In this document: positions 1 through 7,664 of the stretch, one piece after another
How positions within the stretch are numbered: the first letter of the stretch is position 1
Layout: each line of letters begins with the position of its first letter
DNA from: Chthoniobacteraceae bacterium
GTDB lineage: Bacteria; Verrucomicrobiota; Verrucomicrobiia; Chthoniobacterales; Chthoniobacteraceae
Assembly: GCA_031409655.1 (NCBI GenBank)
Contig: JANNXQ010000164.1
Location: 1 to 11,804 of the forward strand
Direction of reading: 5' to 3'
Length of the DNA stretch: 11,804 nt
The notes under the pieces: generated by a model
Databases searched by the model: none
The model's input: the letters and a program-made list of their open reading frames with translations, nothing else
Told to the model about the DNA's origin: nothing
Position numbers and translations under genes: made by a program

Positions 1-88
1 GGCTGCGTCCGCCCGTGACCAGGGCGACGGCGTTTTCCTTGAACTGCCGGTCGTAACGCCGACCGGATTTGATGCTGTGATCTGACAT
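1..88 (-). CDS. IS3-family transposase OrfA, N-terminal fragment (HTH_Tnp_1-like), partial
   Basis: Manual translation from ATG at 88 gives MSDHSIKSGRRYDRQFKENAVALVTGGRS..., matching the OrfA start pattern RRY(s/d)xEFKxxAVxLV. It is not in the ORF track because it runs off the window. Confidence 0.85.
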   Translation of the reverse strand, partial: MSDHSIKSGRRYDRQFKENAVALVTGGRS

Positions 89-140
89 GGCTTTGCTTTT
101 CGTCTTTGAAAGCCCTGTCCGCAAAATCGAAGACACTCCA
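1..140 (-). mobile_element. IS3-family insertion sequence, left end (truncated by window edge)
   Basis: The minus strand from 140 reads TGGAGTGTCTTCGATTTTGCGGACA, with the 5'-TG terminus and GGACA core typical of IS3-family left inverted repeats. An OrfA-like ATG follows 52 nt inside. Confidence 0.85.
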
Positions 141-173
141 AACGCCGTTGGCGTTCTCGCCGCGTAACTGTGC

Positions 174-192
174 AAATCGTATAATCCAATAG
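174..192. promoter_or_regulatory. AT-rich island with perfect TATAAT (+, 180-185) inside an imperfect palindrome; candidate -10 box or operator
   Basis: The sequence aaatcgTATAATccaatag sits in a GC-rich background. 176-190 pairs at 5 of 7 positions around base 183. No good -35 is present at 17-nt spacing. Confidence 0.35.
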
Positions 193-246
193 GACGCCCT
201 TGCGCGCTGGGGCCGCAGAGCCCACGGGAATCGCGAGCGATGTGAC

Positions 247-283
247 GAAAGTCCCAAGCTGCCGCGGGCGCGGCGGTGGTCTG
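247..283 (+). promoter_or_regulatory. Bipartite promoter-like motif, copy 1 (GAAAGTCCCAAG-N16-GGTGGTCTG)
   Basis: A near-identical motif occurs at 7702-7665 on the minus strand. Each copy is followed by an ATG exactly 6 nt downstream. Confidence 0.6.
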
Positions 284-289
284 GACGAC

Positions 290-310
290 ATGTCGTTCCT
301 CATTTCATGA
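290..310 (+). other. 6-codon upstream ORF MSFLIS*, stop overlapping the esterase start (ATGA)
   Basis: ATG TCG TTC CTC ATT TCA TGA; TGA at 308-310 overlaps ATG at 307-309. The ORF is seen directly, but its translation is unproven. Confidence 0.4.
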
Positions 311-1878
311 AAGCGGTTTTCTGCGCCGCGCTGGCGCTCGTCGCCTCCGGTGTCTTTTCGTCCGCTGCGGTGCGGCTGCCCGCGGTGATCTCGGATCACA
401 TGGTCCTGCAAGGGGAGGCGTCGGTGGCCGTCTGGGGTTGGGCGGATGTGGGTGAAGCGGTGACGGTCTCGCTCGGTGATCAGGCGCGCTCGACTAAAGC
501 GGACGGAGCCGGGCGTTGGAAGGTGATGCTCGGGAAACTAAAGTCCGCGAGCGAGCCTCAGACGCTGACCGTCCGCGGCACCAATACTCTCACGGTCCAC
601 GACGTCCTCGTGGGTGAAGTGTGGCTGGCCTCGGGGCAGTCGAACATGGAGATGCAGATCAAGGGGAAGCTGCACGGGGCGGTGGACCGGGCGGAGGAAG
701 AAATCGCCGCGGCCAGATTTCCGGCGATCCGGCTCTTCGTGCATGACGAGCCGTATGCCATCTACGAACTGCCGGTCCCGCCATTGCAGCCGTCTGAGGA
801 TCGTCCAGGCAGGTGGCTGGTCTGCTCGCCGGAGACCGTCGCGGGCTTTTCGGCGATCGGTTATTTCGTTGCGCGGGAATTGCATCAGACCCTGGGCACG
901 CCCGTCGGAATCCTCAGCGCGTCGGTCGGCGGGACGCCCATCGAGGCGTGGACCAGCCTCGCGGCGCAGGGAGCGCAGCCGGCGCTCCAGCCGCTGCTGG
1001 GAGACTGGCAAAAGCGCGTGGGGGACTTCGTGCCCGAGCGAGAGCAGCAGACTTTCCTGGAGGCAAAACAGCGCTGGCTGAAAGAACGCGCCGCGGCGCT
1101 CAAACAGCAACAGCCCGCGCCGAAAGCGCCCGCGGCTTTCAAGAATCTCCGCGTGATGACCCCTGGCGCGCTCCTCAATGGAGTGATCGCTCCGCTCGTG
1201 CCTTACACGATTCGCGGCGTGCTCTGGTATCAAGGTGAACGCAACGCGGCGGGTCCCTTCACGCAGCTCTACGGCCGGCAACTGCGGACGTTGATCGCCG
1301 ACTGGCGGGCGCGGTGGGGCGACGAGTTTTACTTTGCGTGGGTGCAGTTGCCCGGCTTTCAGCGCCCGCAAAAACTCCCGAGCGAGCCGACGGGTTGGGG
1401 TGTCACCGTCCGCGATGAAATGCGCAGGGCGCTCGACGTGCCGCGCACGGGCATGGCGGTGACGATCGATCTCGGCGGTGAAAAGGCCGGCCACCCGACG
1501 AACAAAGCCGACTACGCCGCGCGACTCTCGCGGCTCTTGCTGCACGATGTCTATGCGCAGCCGATCGCGATTTGGTCCGGCCCGCTCCTTCGCTCCGCGC
1601 AGCGCGCTGGAGAGAAGATGACGCTCACTTTCGAGCAAGCCGCCGGACTCCGCGCGCAGGAGGGGGAGCTCAAAGGCTTTGCCATCGCAGGCGAGGATCG
1701 GAAGTTCGTCTGGGCGCGGGCAACGATCGTCGGCGACAAGGTGATCGTCTCAAGCGATGCCGTGACCGTGCCCGCCGCGGTGCGCTACGGCTGGGCCGCG
1801 AATCCTACGTGTAATCTGATCAACGCCGCCGGACTCCCCGCCTCGCCTTTCCGCACCGATGAATGGGCCTCCCCGTGA
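307..1878 (+). CDS. Secreted sialate O-acetylesterase family protein (SASA / SGNH hydrolase)
   Basis: N-terminal signal peptide; LPAVISDHMVLQ start; GEVWLASGQSNM (catalytic Ser); GGTPIEAW; GVLWYQGERN; HPTNK (catalytic His); C-terminal VRYGW..NP..NL.N..GLPASPFRTD. Confidence 0.93.
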   Translation: MKAVFCAALALVASGVFSSAAVRLPAVISDHMVLQGEASVAVWGWADVGEAVTVSLGDQARSTKADGAGRWKVMLGKLKSASEPQTLTVRGTNTLTVHDVLVGEVWLASGQSNMEMQIKGKLHGAVDRAEEEIAAARFPAIRLFVHDEPYAIYELPVPPLQPSEDRPGRWLVCSPETVAGFSAIGYFVARELHQTLGTPVGILSASVGGTPIEAWTSLAAQGAQPALQPLLGDWQKRVGDFVPEREQQTFLEAKQRWLKERAAALKQQQPAPKAPAAFKNLRVMTPGALLNGVIAPLVPYTIRGVLWYQGERNAAGPFTQLYGRQLRTLIADWRARWGDEFYFAWVQLPGFQRPQKLPSEPTGWGVTVRDEMRRALDVPRTGMAVTIDLGGEKAGHPTNKADYAARLSRLLLHDVYAQPIAIWSGPLLRSAQRAGEKMTLTFEQAAGLRAQEGELKGFAIAGEDRKFVWARATIVGDKVIVSSDAVTVPAAVRYGWAANPTCNLINAAGLPASPFRTDEWASP

Positions 1879-1900
1879 CCCCGCCGAACCACTCCTAAAC

Positions 1901-3127
1901 ATGAAACCATCCGCCATTCTCACGCCCAGTCGCCTCGCCGCTTGCATCGCAGTTTTCGCCGCGATCCCCGGCGCCCTTGCGGCTGAGCCATTCATTGAAA
2001 AACTCGATCTTTTCAAAGCCGGCGACGGTGGGCACAAGGTCTATCACATCCCCGGCATCGTAGTGACGGCGAAGGGCACGGTGCTCGCCTGGTGTGAAGC
2101 ACGGAAGAAGGGTGGCGATTGGGATGACATTCACATCCTGCTGCGCCGTTCGTCGGACGACGGCAAGACGTGGAGCGAGCCGCAGAGCATCGCGGAGGTG
2201 CCTGGGCCGAAGACGAAGAACCCCTTCTCGCTGCGGATGAAAAACGTCGATCCCAATGACGTGACCTACAACAACCCGGTGCTCATCGCGGATCGCGACG
2301 GCACGGTGCATATGGTCTTCTGCCTCGAATACCTGCGCTGCTTTTACCAGCGCAGCACCGACGATGGGGTGACGTGGAGCACGCCGCTGGAGATCACACA
2401 GACCTTTGAAACGTTCCGGTCGGCGTATGAGTGGAAGGTGCTCGCGACGGGGCCAAATCACAGCATCCAGCTCCGCACCGGGCGGCTCGTGGTGCCGGTG
2501 TGGCTCTCGACGGGCACGGGCGGAAACGCGCATCGGCCTTCGGTCACCGCGACCATCTTCAGCGACGATCAGGGGAAGACCTGGCAGGCGGGCGAGATCG
2601 CGGTGCCCTGCACGGATGAATGGATCAATCCGAACGAAACAGTGGCGGTGGAACTCGCCGACGGGCGCGTGATGCTGAACGTGCGCAATGAGTCGAAGAC
2701 GCATCGGCGGCTCGTGACTGTGAGCAAAGACGGCGCGACGGGCTGGAGCACGCCACGCTTTGATGACGCGCTGCTCGAGCCGATCTGCATGGGTGGACTC
2801 GTGCGCTACTCGCTCGGAAACGGCGGCGGCGCGAATCGCATTCTTTTCTCCAATCCAGACACCCTCGAGCGCGCCGACGGCAATGCCGAGCCGGGCAAAA
2901 ATCGCGACCGGAAGAATGTCTCCGTGAAGCTGAGTTACGACGAAGGCGCAACGTGGGCCGTGAGCAAAACCGTGGAGCCCGGCTGGAGCGCCTACAGCGA
3001 TCTCGCGGTGACGCCGAACGGCATCATCCTCTGCTTCTACGGGCGCGCGGAGAAGGGCGGCTTTGCGGGCGACTGGCTCACGCTCGCGCGCTTCAATCTC
3101 GAGTGGCTCACTGGGAAGCGGGAATAG
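1901..3127 (+). CDS. Secreted GH33 exo-sialidase-like protein (BNR/Asp-box beta-propeller), atypical active site
   Basis: Five Asp boxes (SSDDGKTW, STDDGVTW, SDDQGKTW, SKDGATGW, SYDEGATW), plus NPNE, NVR and AYSDL motifs. Start moved to ATG 1901, which avoids overlap and gives a signal peptide (MKPSAIL...ALA). Confidence 0.9.
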   Translation: MKPSAILTPSRLAACIAVFAAIPGALAAEPFIEKLDLFKAGDGGHKVYHIPGIVVTAKGTVLAWCEARKKGGDWDDIHILLRRSSDDGKTWSEPQSIAEVPGPKTKNPFSLRMKNVDPNDVTYNNPVLIADRDGTVHMVFCLEYLRCFYQRSTDDGVTWSTPLEITQTFETFRSAYEWKVLATGPNHSIQLRTGRLVVPVWLSTGTGGNAHRPSVTATIFSDDQGKTWQAGEIAVPCTDEWINPNETVAVELADGRVMLNVRNESKTHRRLVTVSKDGATGWSTPRFDDALLEPICMGGLVRYSLGNGGGANRILFSNPDTLERADGNAEPGKNRDRKNVSVKLSYDEGATWAVSKTVEPGWSAYSDLAVTPNGIILCFYGRAEKGGFAGDWLTLARFNLEWLTGKRE

Positions 3128-3207
3128 ATCCGCAGATTTCGCAGACTGGCGCAGATCGGGAAGCGCGTGACTTTTTCCTCTGCGAAAATCTGCGCAATCT
3201 GCGGATC
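3127..3207. repeat. REP-like imperfect inverted repeat between convergent genes; possible bidirectional terminator or mRNA-stabilising hairpin
   Basis: Arms 3127-3155 (gatccgcagatttcgcagactggcgcaga) and 3179-3207 are reverse complements at 25 of 29 positions, with a 23-nt loop and three CGCAGA units per arm. Confidence 0.85.
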
Positions 3208-3214
3208 ACTCCGG

Positions 3215-4696
3215 CTACGCCAGCCAGGGCTTCACGACTTTCCCCGCCAAATCGGTGAGCCGGAAATCGCGCCCTTGGAAACGGTGTGTGAGCTTCAGGT
3301 GATCGATGCCGAAGAGGTGCAGCAGCGTGGCGTGGAAATCATTGATATGCACCGGATCGCGGACGATGCCCCAGCCGAGCTCGTCGGTCTCGCCATAGAC
3401 CTGGCCACCTTTGATGCCGCCCCCGGCCATGAAGATGGTGAAGGCATTCGGGTGATGATCGCGACCGCTAACGTTCTTCGTATTCCCCGCGCGATTCTCG
3501 CCGAGCGGCGTCCGGCCAAATTCGCTGCCCCACACGACGAGCGTTTCGTCGAGCAGGCCGCGCTCCTTGAGATCCTTGATCAGCGCGGCGATGGGCTGGT
3601 CGGCCATGCCGGCGTTGAAAGGGAGCTCCTTGTCGAGATTCGAGTGATGATCCCATGACGCGTGGATCACGTTCACGAAGCGCACGCCGCGTTCGACGAG
3701 CCGCCGGGCGAGCAGGCAGTTCGTGCCGAACGAGCGATACTGATTCGGCCCGCCCGCCCGCGCCGCTTTGATCGGCGGGTCTTCGCGCTCCACGCCGTAA
3801 GCCGCGAGCGTCTCGGGCTTCTCGCCTTTCAAGTCGATGAGTTCGGGCGCGGCGGATTGCATTCGGAAGGCGAGTTCGTAAGCGGCGATGCGACTCGCGA
3901 TCTCCGGATCGCGCGCCTGCTCAAAGCGCGCGCGATTCAACTCCGCGAGCGTGTCGAGCCCCGCGCGCTGAAGCTCCGCCGGAAGTCCCGCGGGATTCTT
4001 CAGATTCAAAACCGCATCGCCCTGACTGCGGAAGGAAACGCCGGCATACACCGACGGCAGAAATCCCGATTGACACAGCGACGCGCCACCGCTGGTCCCG
4101 CGGCCATTCGCCAGCACCACGTAGCCGGGCAAATCGCGGGATTCGCTGCCGAGCCCGTAGGTCAGCCACGAGCCAATCGTCGGTAGCCCGAAGGTCGCGC
4201 GCCCGCACTGCATGAGGAGCTGGCCGGGGTGATGATTGAACTGATCGGTGTGCATCGACCGCACCATCAGCAAGTCATCCGCGCAGCTCGCGATGTTCGG
4301 CAGGAGGTCACTGAAATCCATTCCGCACTGCCCATACTTCTTGAAGGTGCGCTGCGAGCCGAGGATGCGCGCGGTCTCCTTTTTGATGAATGCGAAGCGC
4401 ACATTCTTCAGTAGCGAATCCGGCAGTGGCTGGCCGTTCAGTTCGTTCAGCTTCGGCTTCGGATCGAAGAGATCGAGCTGACTCGGTGCGCCCTCCATGA
4501 AGATGAAGATGCAATTCTTCGCCCTCGGCGCGAAGTGCGGCGGCTTCGGGAACAGCGGATCGGCGGAAGCTCCTGGCGCCGCAAGCAGCCCCTCCGATTG
4601 CAGCATTGACGCCAGCCCGAGCATCCCGAGCCCGCTCGCCGCGGTGGTAAAAAAATCTCGCCGCGTTTGTTGGATGGCTTGGTCGATGGGGTGCAT
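3215..4696 (-). CDS. DUF1501 domain protein (alkaline phosphatase/sulfatase-like fold), Tat-exported
   Basis: Twin-arginine signal TRRDFF; family motifs FMEGAPSQLDLFDPKP, CLLARRLVERGVRFV, WDHH, EFGRTP, GRDHHP, FRLTDLAG. It lies directly downstream of the DUF1553 gene, the usual pairing. Confidence 0.93.
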   Translation of the reverse strand: MHPIDQAIQQTRRDFFTTAASGLGMLGLASMLQSEGLLAAPGASADPLFPKPPHFAPRAKNCIFIFMEGAPSQLDLFDPKPKLNELNGQPLPDSLLKNVRFAFIKKETARILGSQRTFKKYGQCGMDFSDLLPNIASCADDLLMVRSMHTDQFNHHPGQLLMQCGRATFGLPTIGSWLTYGLGSESRDLPGYVVLANGRGTSGGASLCQSGFLPSVYAGVSFRSQGDAVLNLKNPAGLPAELQRAGLDTLAELNRARFEQARDPEIASRIAAYELAFRMQSAAPELIDLKGEKPETLAAYGVEREDPPIKAARAGGPNQYRSFGTNCLLARRLVERGVRFVNVIHASWDHHSNLDKELPFNAGMADQPIAALIKDLKERGLLDETLVVWGSEFGRTPLGENRAGNTKNVSGRDHHPNAFTIFMAGGGIKGGQVYGETDELGWGIVRDPVHINDFHATLLHLFGIDHLKLTHRFQGRDFRLTDLAGKVVKPWLA

Positions 4697-4700
4697 GGCG

Positions 4701-7658
4701 TCACTCGCGGGTGATGAATTCGTCGGTGTTCAGGATGATCCGCACGGTGGCGGTCCAGGCGGCGGGCTCGGCTTCTTTGTCCGAAGCTTGTGCGTAGTGG
4801 GTGCGGGCCTGGCCGAGGAGCTTTTTCAATGCGGCGAGCTCGCGCGGCTGTGGGGGGCGGGCGACCGCGAGGCGGAAGGCGCGGGTAAGGCGGGCTTCGT
4901 CGTCGGCGAGCGGTTCGTCGAGGAGGCGTTTGGCCATCGCTTGCGCGGCTTCGGCGAAGGTCTGTGCGTTAAGCGTGGTGAGCGCTTGAAGCGGCGTGTT
5001 GGAGACGCCGCGTTTGATGGCGGCGAGGTTCGCGTCGGGGCAGTCGAAAGTGGTCAGGTCGGGATGCGGCGCGGTGCGTTTGAAGAAGGTGTACATGCCG
5101 CGGCGGTAGCGGTCCTCGCCGGTGGCGTCGGTCCATTTGAAGTTGTTCGCGTAGCTGAGCGCGGCGATCTCCGGTGGCATCGGCGGGAAGACGCTGGCGC
5201 CGCCGATCTTTGGCGAGAGCAGTCCGCTCGCGGCGAGGTGCAGGTCGCGGACGATCTCGCCTTCGACGCGGATGCGGTTCTGGCGCGCGAGCAGTTGATT
5301 GAGCGGATCGATCTCTTCGAGTTCCGGCCGCACTTCCGAACGCTGGCGGTAAGTGGCTGAGGTCATGATGAGGCGGATTATCTCTTTGCGGCTCCAGCCG
5401 CGGGCGATGAATTCGCTGGCGAGCCAGTCGAGCAATTCGGGATGCGTCGGTTTGTCCCCGCGCACTCCGAAATCTCCGAGCGTGCGCACGAGCCCCTCGC
5501 CGAAGAGCTGCGCCCAGAACTGATTCACGATCACGCGCGGCGTCAGCGGATTCTCTGGACTCACGAGCCAGCGCGCAAGGTCGAGGCGATCGGGCGTCTT
5601 TCCGTAGCGCGCCGCAATGGGCGGAAGCACCGCGAGCGTGCCGGGCGAGACTGGATCACCGGGTTGCAGGAACTCTCCGCGATGCAGCACCTTCGTGTCG
5701 CGGGGCTGTGTGCGTTGGGTGAAGGTGCGGACGTCGAGCACGGGCGCGGGCGGCGCTCCGGCTTTGGCGGCGGCCACTTCCGCCGCAGCGGCGCCGGCCG
5801 TGGGATCGACCTTCACCAGCCAATCCACGAGCGTCTCCTTGTTTTCGTTCGTCCACTTTTCCGAGCCGGTGCCGACGAGTCCCCGCACGGCCGGCGGCGC
5901 GATGCTGGTGGTCGATTCGCCGACGAGCGCGACGAGCCGGAAGCGACCGATGGTGTGCTGCCCCTTTCCAAAATGCTGCGCGAGCGAGATCGCGATCTGC
6001 GGCGTCGCCGCGGTGTCGAGCGGGCGGGTGAAGTAGAACCTCGCGTGATGCGGCTTGTCCGTCTGCGTCGCGATGCCCCAGCCCGTCTCCGGCTTCTCAT
6101 CGAGCGCGCCCTCGATCGATGCGCCCTTCTGCGTGAAATCGGCCACGGGTGAATGCAGGCCGACGAGTTCGCCTTTCGCGGCATCGGCGCCGGTGCGCAC
6201 GGTGATCTTTGAAAGGAAGAATTTGCCGTCCGGCGAGCGACCGCAGCCACCTTTCGGCAGAGACGGATCGGGCAACACTTCGAGTTTCACGCCGCTGATG
6301 AGCCCGGGCGGCAGATCGGCGACGATCGCATAATTCTCCTTCAGCGACTGCGCGCCGCTCGCGAGCCACGATCCATCGTCGAGCCGCTGAAACTCCGCTC
6401 CAGCCTCGCTGGCGACGCTCTTCACCTCCAGCGCTTGCTCGCGCGTCTTTTTCCCCTCTGCCGCGCTGAGCCGCGCAGTCATGTCTTTCTCCCAATCGAG
6501 CAAGCTCGCCCCGAGTCCGTCGCGCAGCTTGTCGAGCTTTGCCTCCAGCGGTTTGAGCCGGGCCACGTGCGGCGCGTTCGCGCGTTCGTAGTCGGCAATC
6601 GCGGTCGCACTCGTGGGCATGGTGGCCTTCGTCTCGTCGGCGTTATTGAAGAAGGCGAAGAGCTGGTAGTACTCGCGATGCGTGATGGCGTCGTACTTGT
6701 GCGTGTGGCAGCGCGCGCAGCCGACGGTGTGCGCGAGCCAGACGCTGCCGGTGGTCTCGGTGCGATCGAAGGTGGCCTCGACGCGGAACTGCTCCTGATC
6801 CGTGCCGCCTTCCGTGTTCGTGAGCGTCTGGCGGTGAAAGGCGGTCGCGAGTTTTTGCTCTGCGGTGGCGACGGGCAGCAGATCGCCGGCGAGTTGTTCG
6901 ATGGTGAATTGATCGAACGGCAGATCGCGATTCACGGCGTCGAGGACCCAGTCGCGAAAGCGCCACGCATCGGGCCGCGGCCGGTCCTTTTCGTAGCCAT
7001 CCGAGTCCGCGTAGCGCGCGCGATCCAGCCAGTGGCGGCCCCAGCGTTCGCCGAAATGCGGGGAGGCCAGCGTGCGCTCCACGAGCCGCTCGTAGGCGTC
7101 GGGCGCGGGATCTTTCGCAAAGGCGTCGGCTTCGAGCGGAGACGGTGGCAGCCCGAGCAGATCGTAATACACGCGCCGGATGAGCGTGTAGCGATCCGCC
7201 TCGGCCGCAGGTTTGATCTTCTTCTCCGCCAGCTTCGCGCGGACGAAATAGTCGATCGCGTTCTCGCCCGCCGGGACCGTCGGTTTGCGGACCGGCGCGT
7301 AAGCCCAATGCACCGTCCATTCCGCGCCCGCCGCGACCCACCGCTTCAGCGCCTCGATCTCGGACGGAGCGAGCGGCTTCTTTTTCTTCGGCGGCATCTG
7401 CTCGTCGGGATCTTTCGAGAGGATGCGCGTGATCAGTTCGCTTTTCGCGAGATCGCCAGGCACCACCGCGGTCGCGCCGCTCTCGAGTTCCTTGAAGAGA
7501 TTCTCCCGCGACGTTAGCGCGAGGCCGCCCTTTTTGTCATCGGGTCCGTGGCATCCCAGGCAATGCTCAGCGAAAATGCGCTGCACGTCGGGCTCGGCGG
7601 CGTGAGCCGGAGCGGCGAGCGCGAGCAGGATGGCAGGGAGGAAATGCGGGCGGCGCAT
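4701..7658 (-). CDS. Planctomycete-type cytochrome c protein (PSCyt1 + DUF1549/PSCyt2 + DUF1553/PSD1)
   Basis: Signal peptide; heme motifs CLGCH and CARCH(THKYD); HWAY, GERWGRHWLD, PTHPELLDWLA, SATYRQ, TPLQAL and EFITRE motifs; central coiled-coil plus beta-sandwich insert. Confidence 0.95.
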   Translation of the reverse strand: MRRPHFLPAILLALAAPAHAAEPDVQRIFAEHCLGCHGPDDKKGGLALTSRENLFKELESGATAVVPGDLAKSELITRILSKDPDEQMPPKKKKPLAPSEIEALKRWVAAGAEWTVHWAYAPVRKPTVPAGENAIDYFVRAKLAEKKIKPAAEADRYTLIRRVYYDLLGLPPSPLEADAFAKDPAPDAYERLVERTLASPHFGERWGRHWLDRARYADSDGYEKDRPRPDAWRFRDWVLDAVNRDLPFDQFTIEQLAGDLLPVATAEQKLATAFHRQTLTNTEGGTDQEQFRVEATFDRTETTGSVWLAHTVGCARCHTHKYDAITHREYYQLFAFFNNADETKATMPTSATAIADYERANAPHVARLKPLEAKLDKLRDGLGASLLDWEKDMTARLSAAEGKKTREQALEVKSVASEAGAEFQRLDDGSWLASGAQSLKENYAIVADLPPGLISGVKLEVLPDPSLPKGGCGRSPDGKFFLSKITVRTGADAAKGELVGLHSPVADFTQKGASIEGALDEKPETGWGIATQTDKPHHARFYFTRPLDTAATPQIAISLAQHFGKGQHTIGRFRLVALVGESTTSIAPPAVRGLVGTGSEKWTNENKETLVDWLVKVDPTAGAAAAEVAAAKAGAPPAPVLDVRTFTQRTQPRDTKVLHRGEFLQPGDPVSPGTLAVLPPIAARYGKTPDRLDLARWLVSPENPLTPRVIVNQFWAQLFGEGLVRTLGDFGVRGDKPTHPELLDWLASEFIARGWSRKEIIRLIMTSATYRQRSEVRPELEEIDPLNQLLARQNRIRVEGEIVRDLHLAASGLLSPKIGGASVFPPMPPEIAALSYANNFKWTDATGEDRYRRGMYTFFKRTAPHPDLTTFDCPDANLAAIKRGVSNTPLQALTTLNAQTFAEAAQAMAKRLLDEPLADDEARLTRAFRLAVARPPQPRELAALKKLLGQARTHYAQASDKEAEPAAWTATVRIILNTDEFITRE

Positions 7659-7664
7659 GGCGGG

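Noticed and set aside
120..185. Hybrid promoter made of an IS-end -35 and TATAAT at 180
   Set aside because: The IS end is about 40 nt from the -10, far beyond 17-nt spacing.
1859..1900. Longer sialidase start at 1859
   Set aside because: It overlaps the esterase 3' end, and ATG 1901 gives a normal signal peptide.
3127..3207. CGCAGA repeats as a CRISPR array or RNA gene
   Set aside because: The units are 6 nt with 3-4 nt gaps and inverted. There is no repeat-spacer structure, no cas genes and no tRNA fold.
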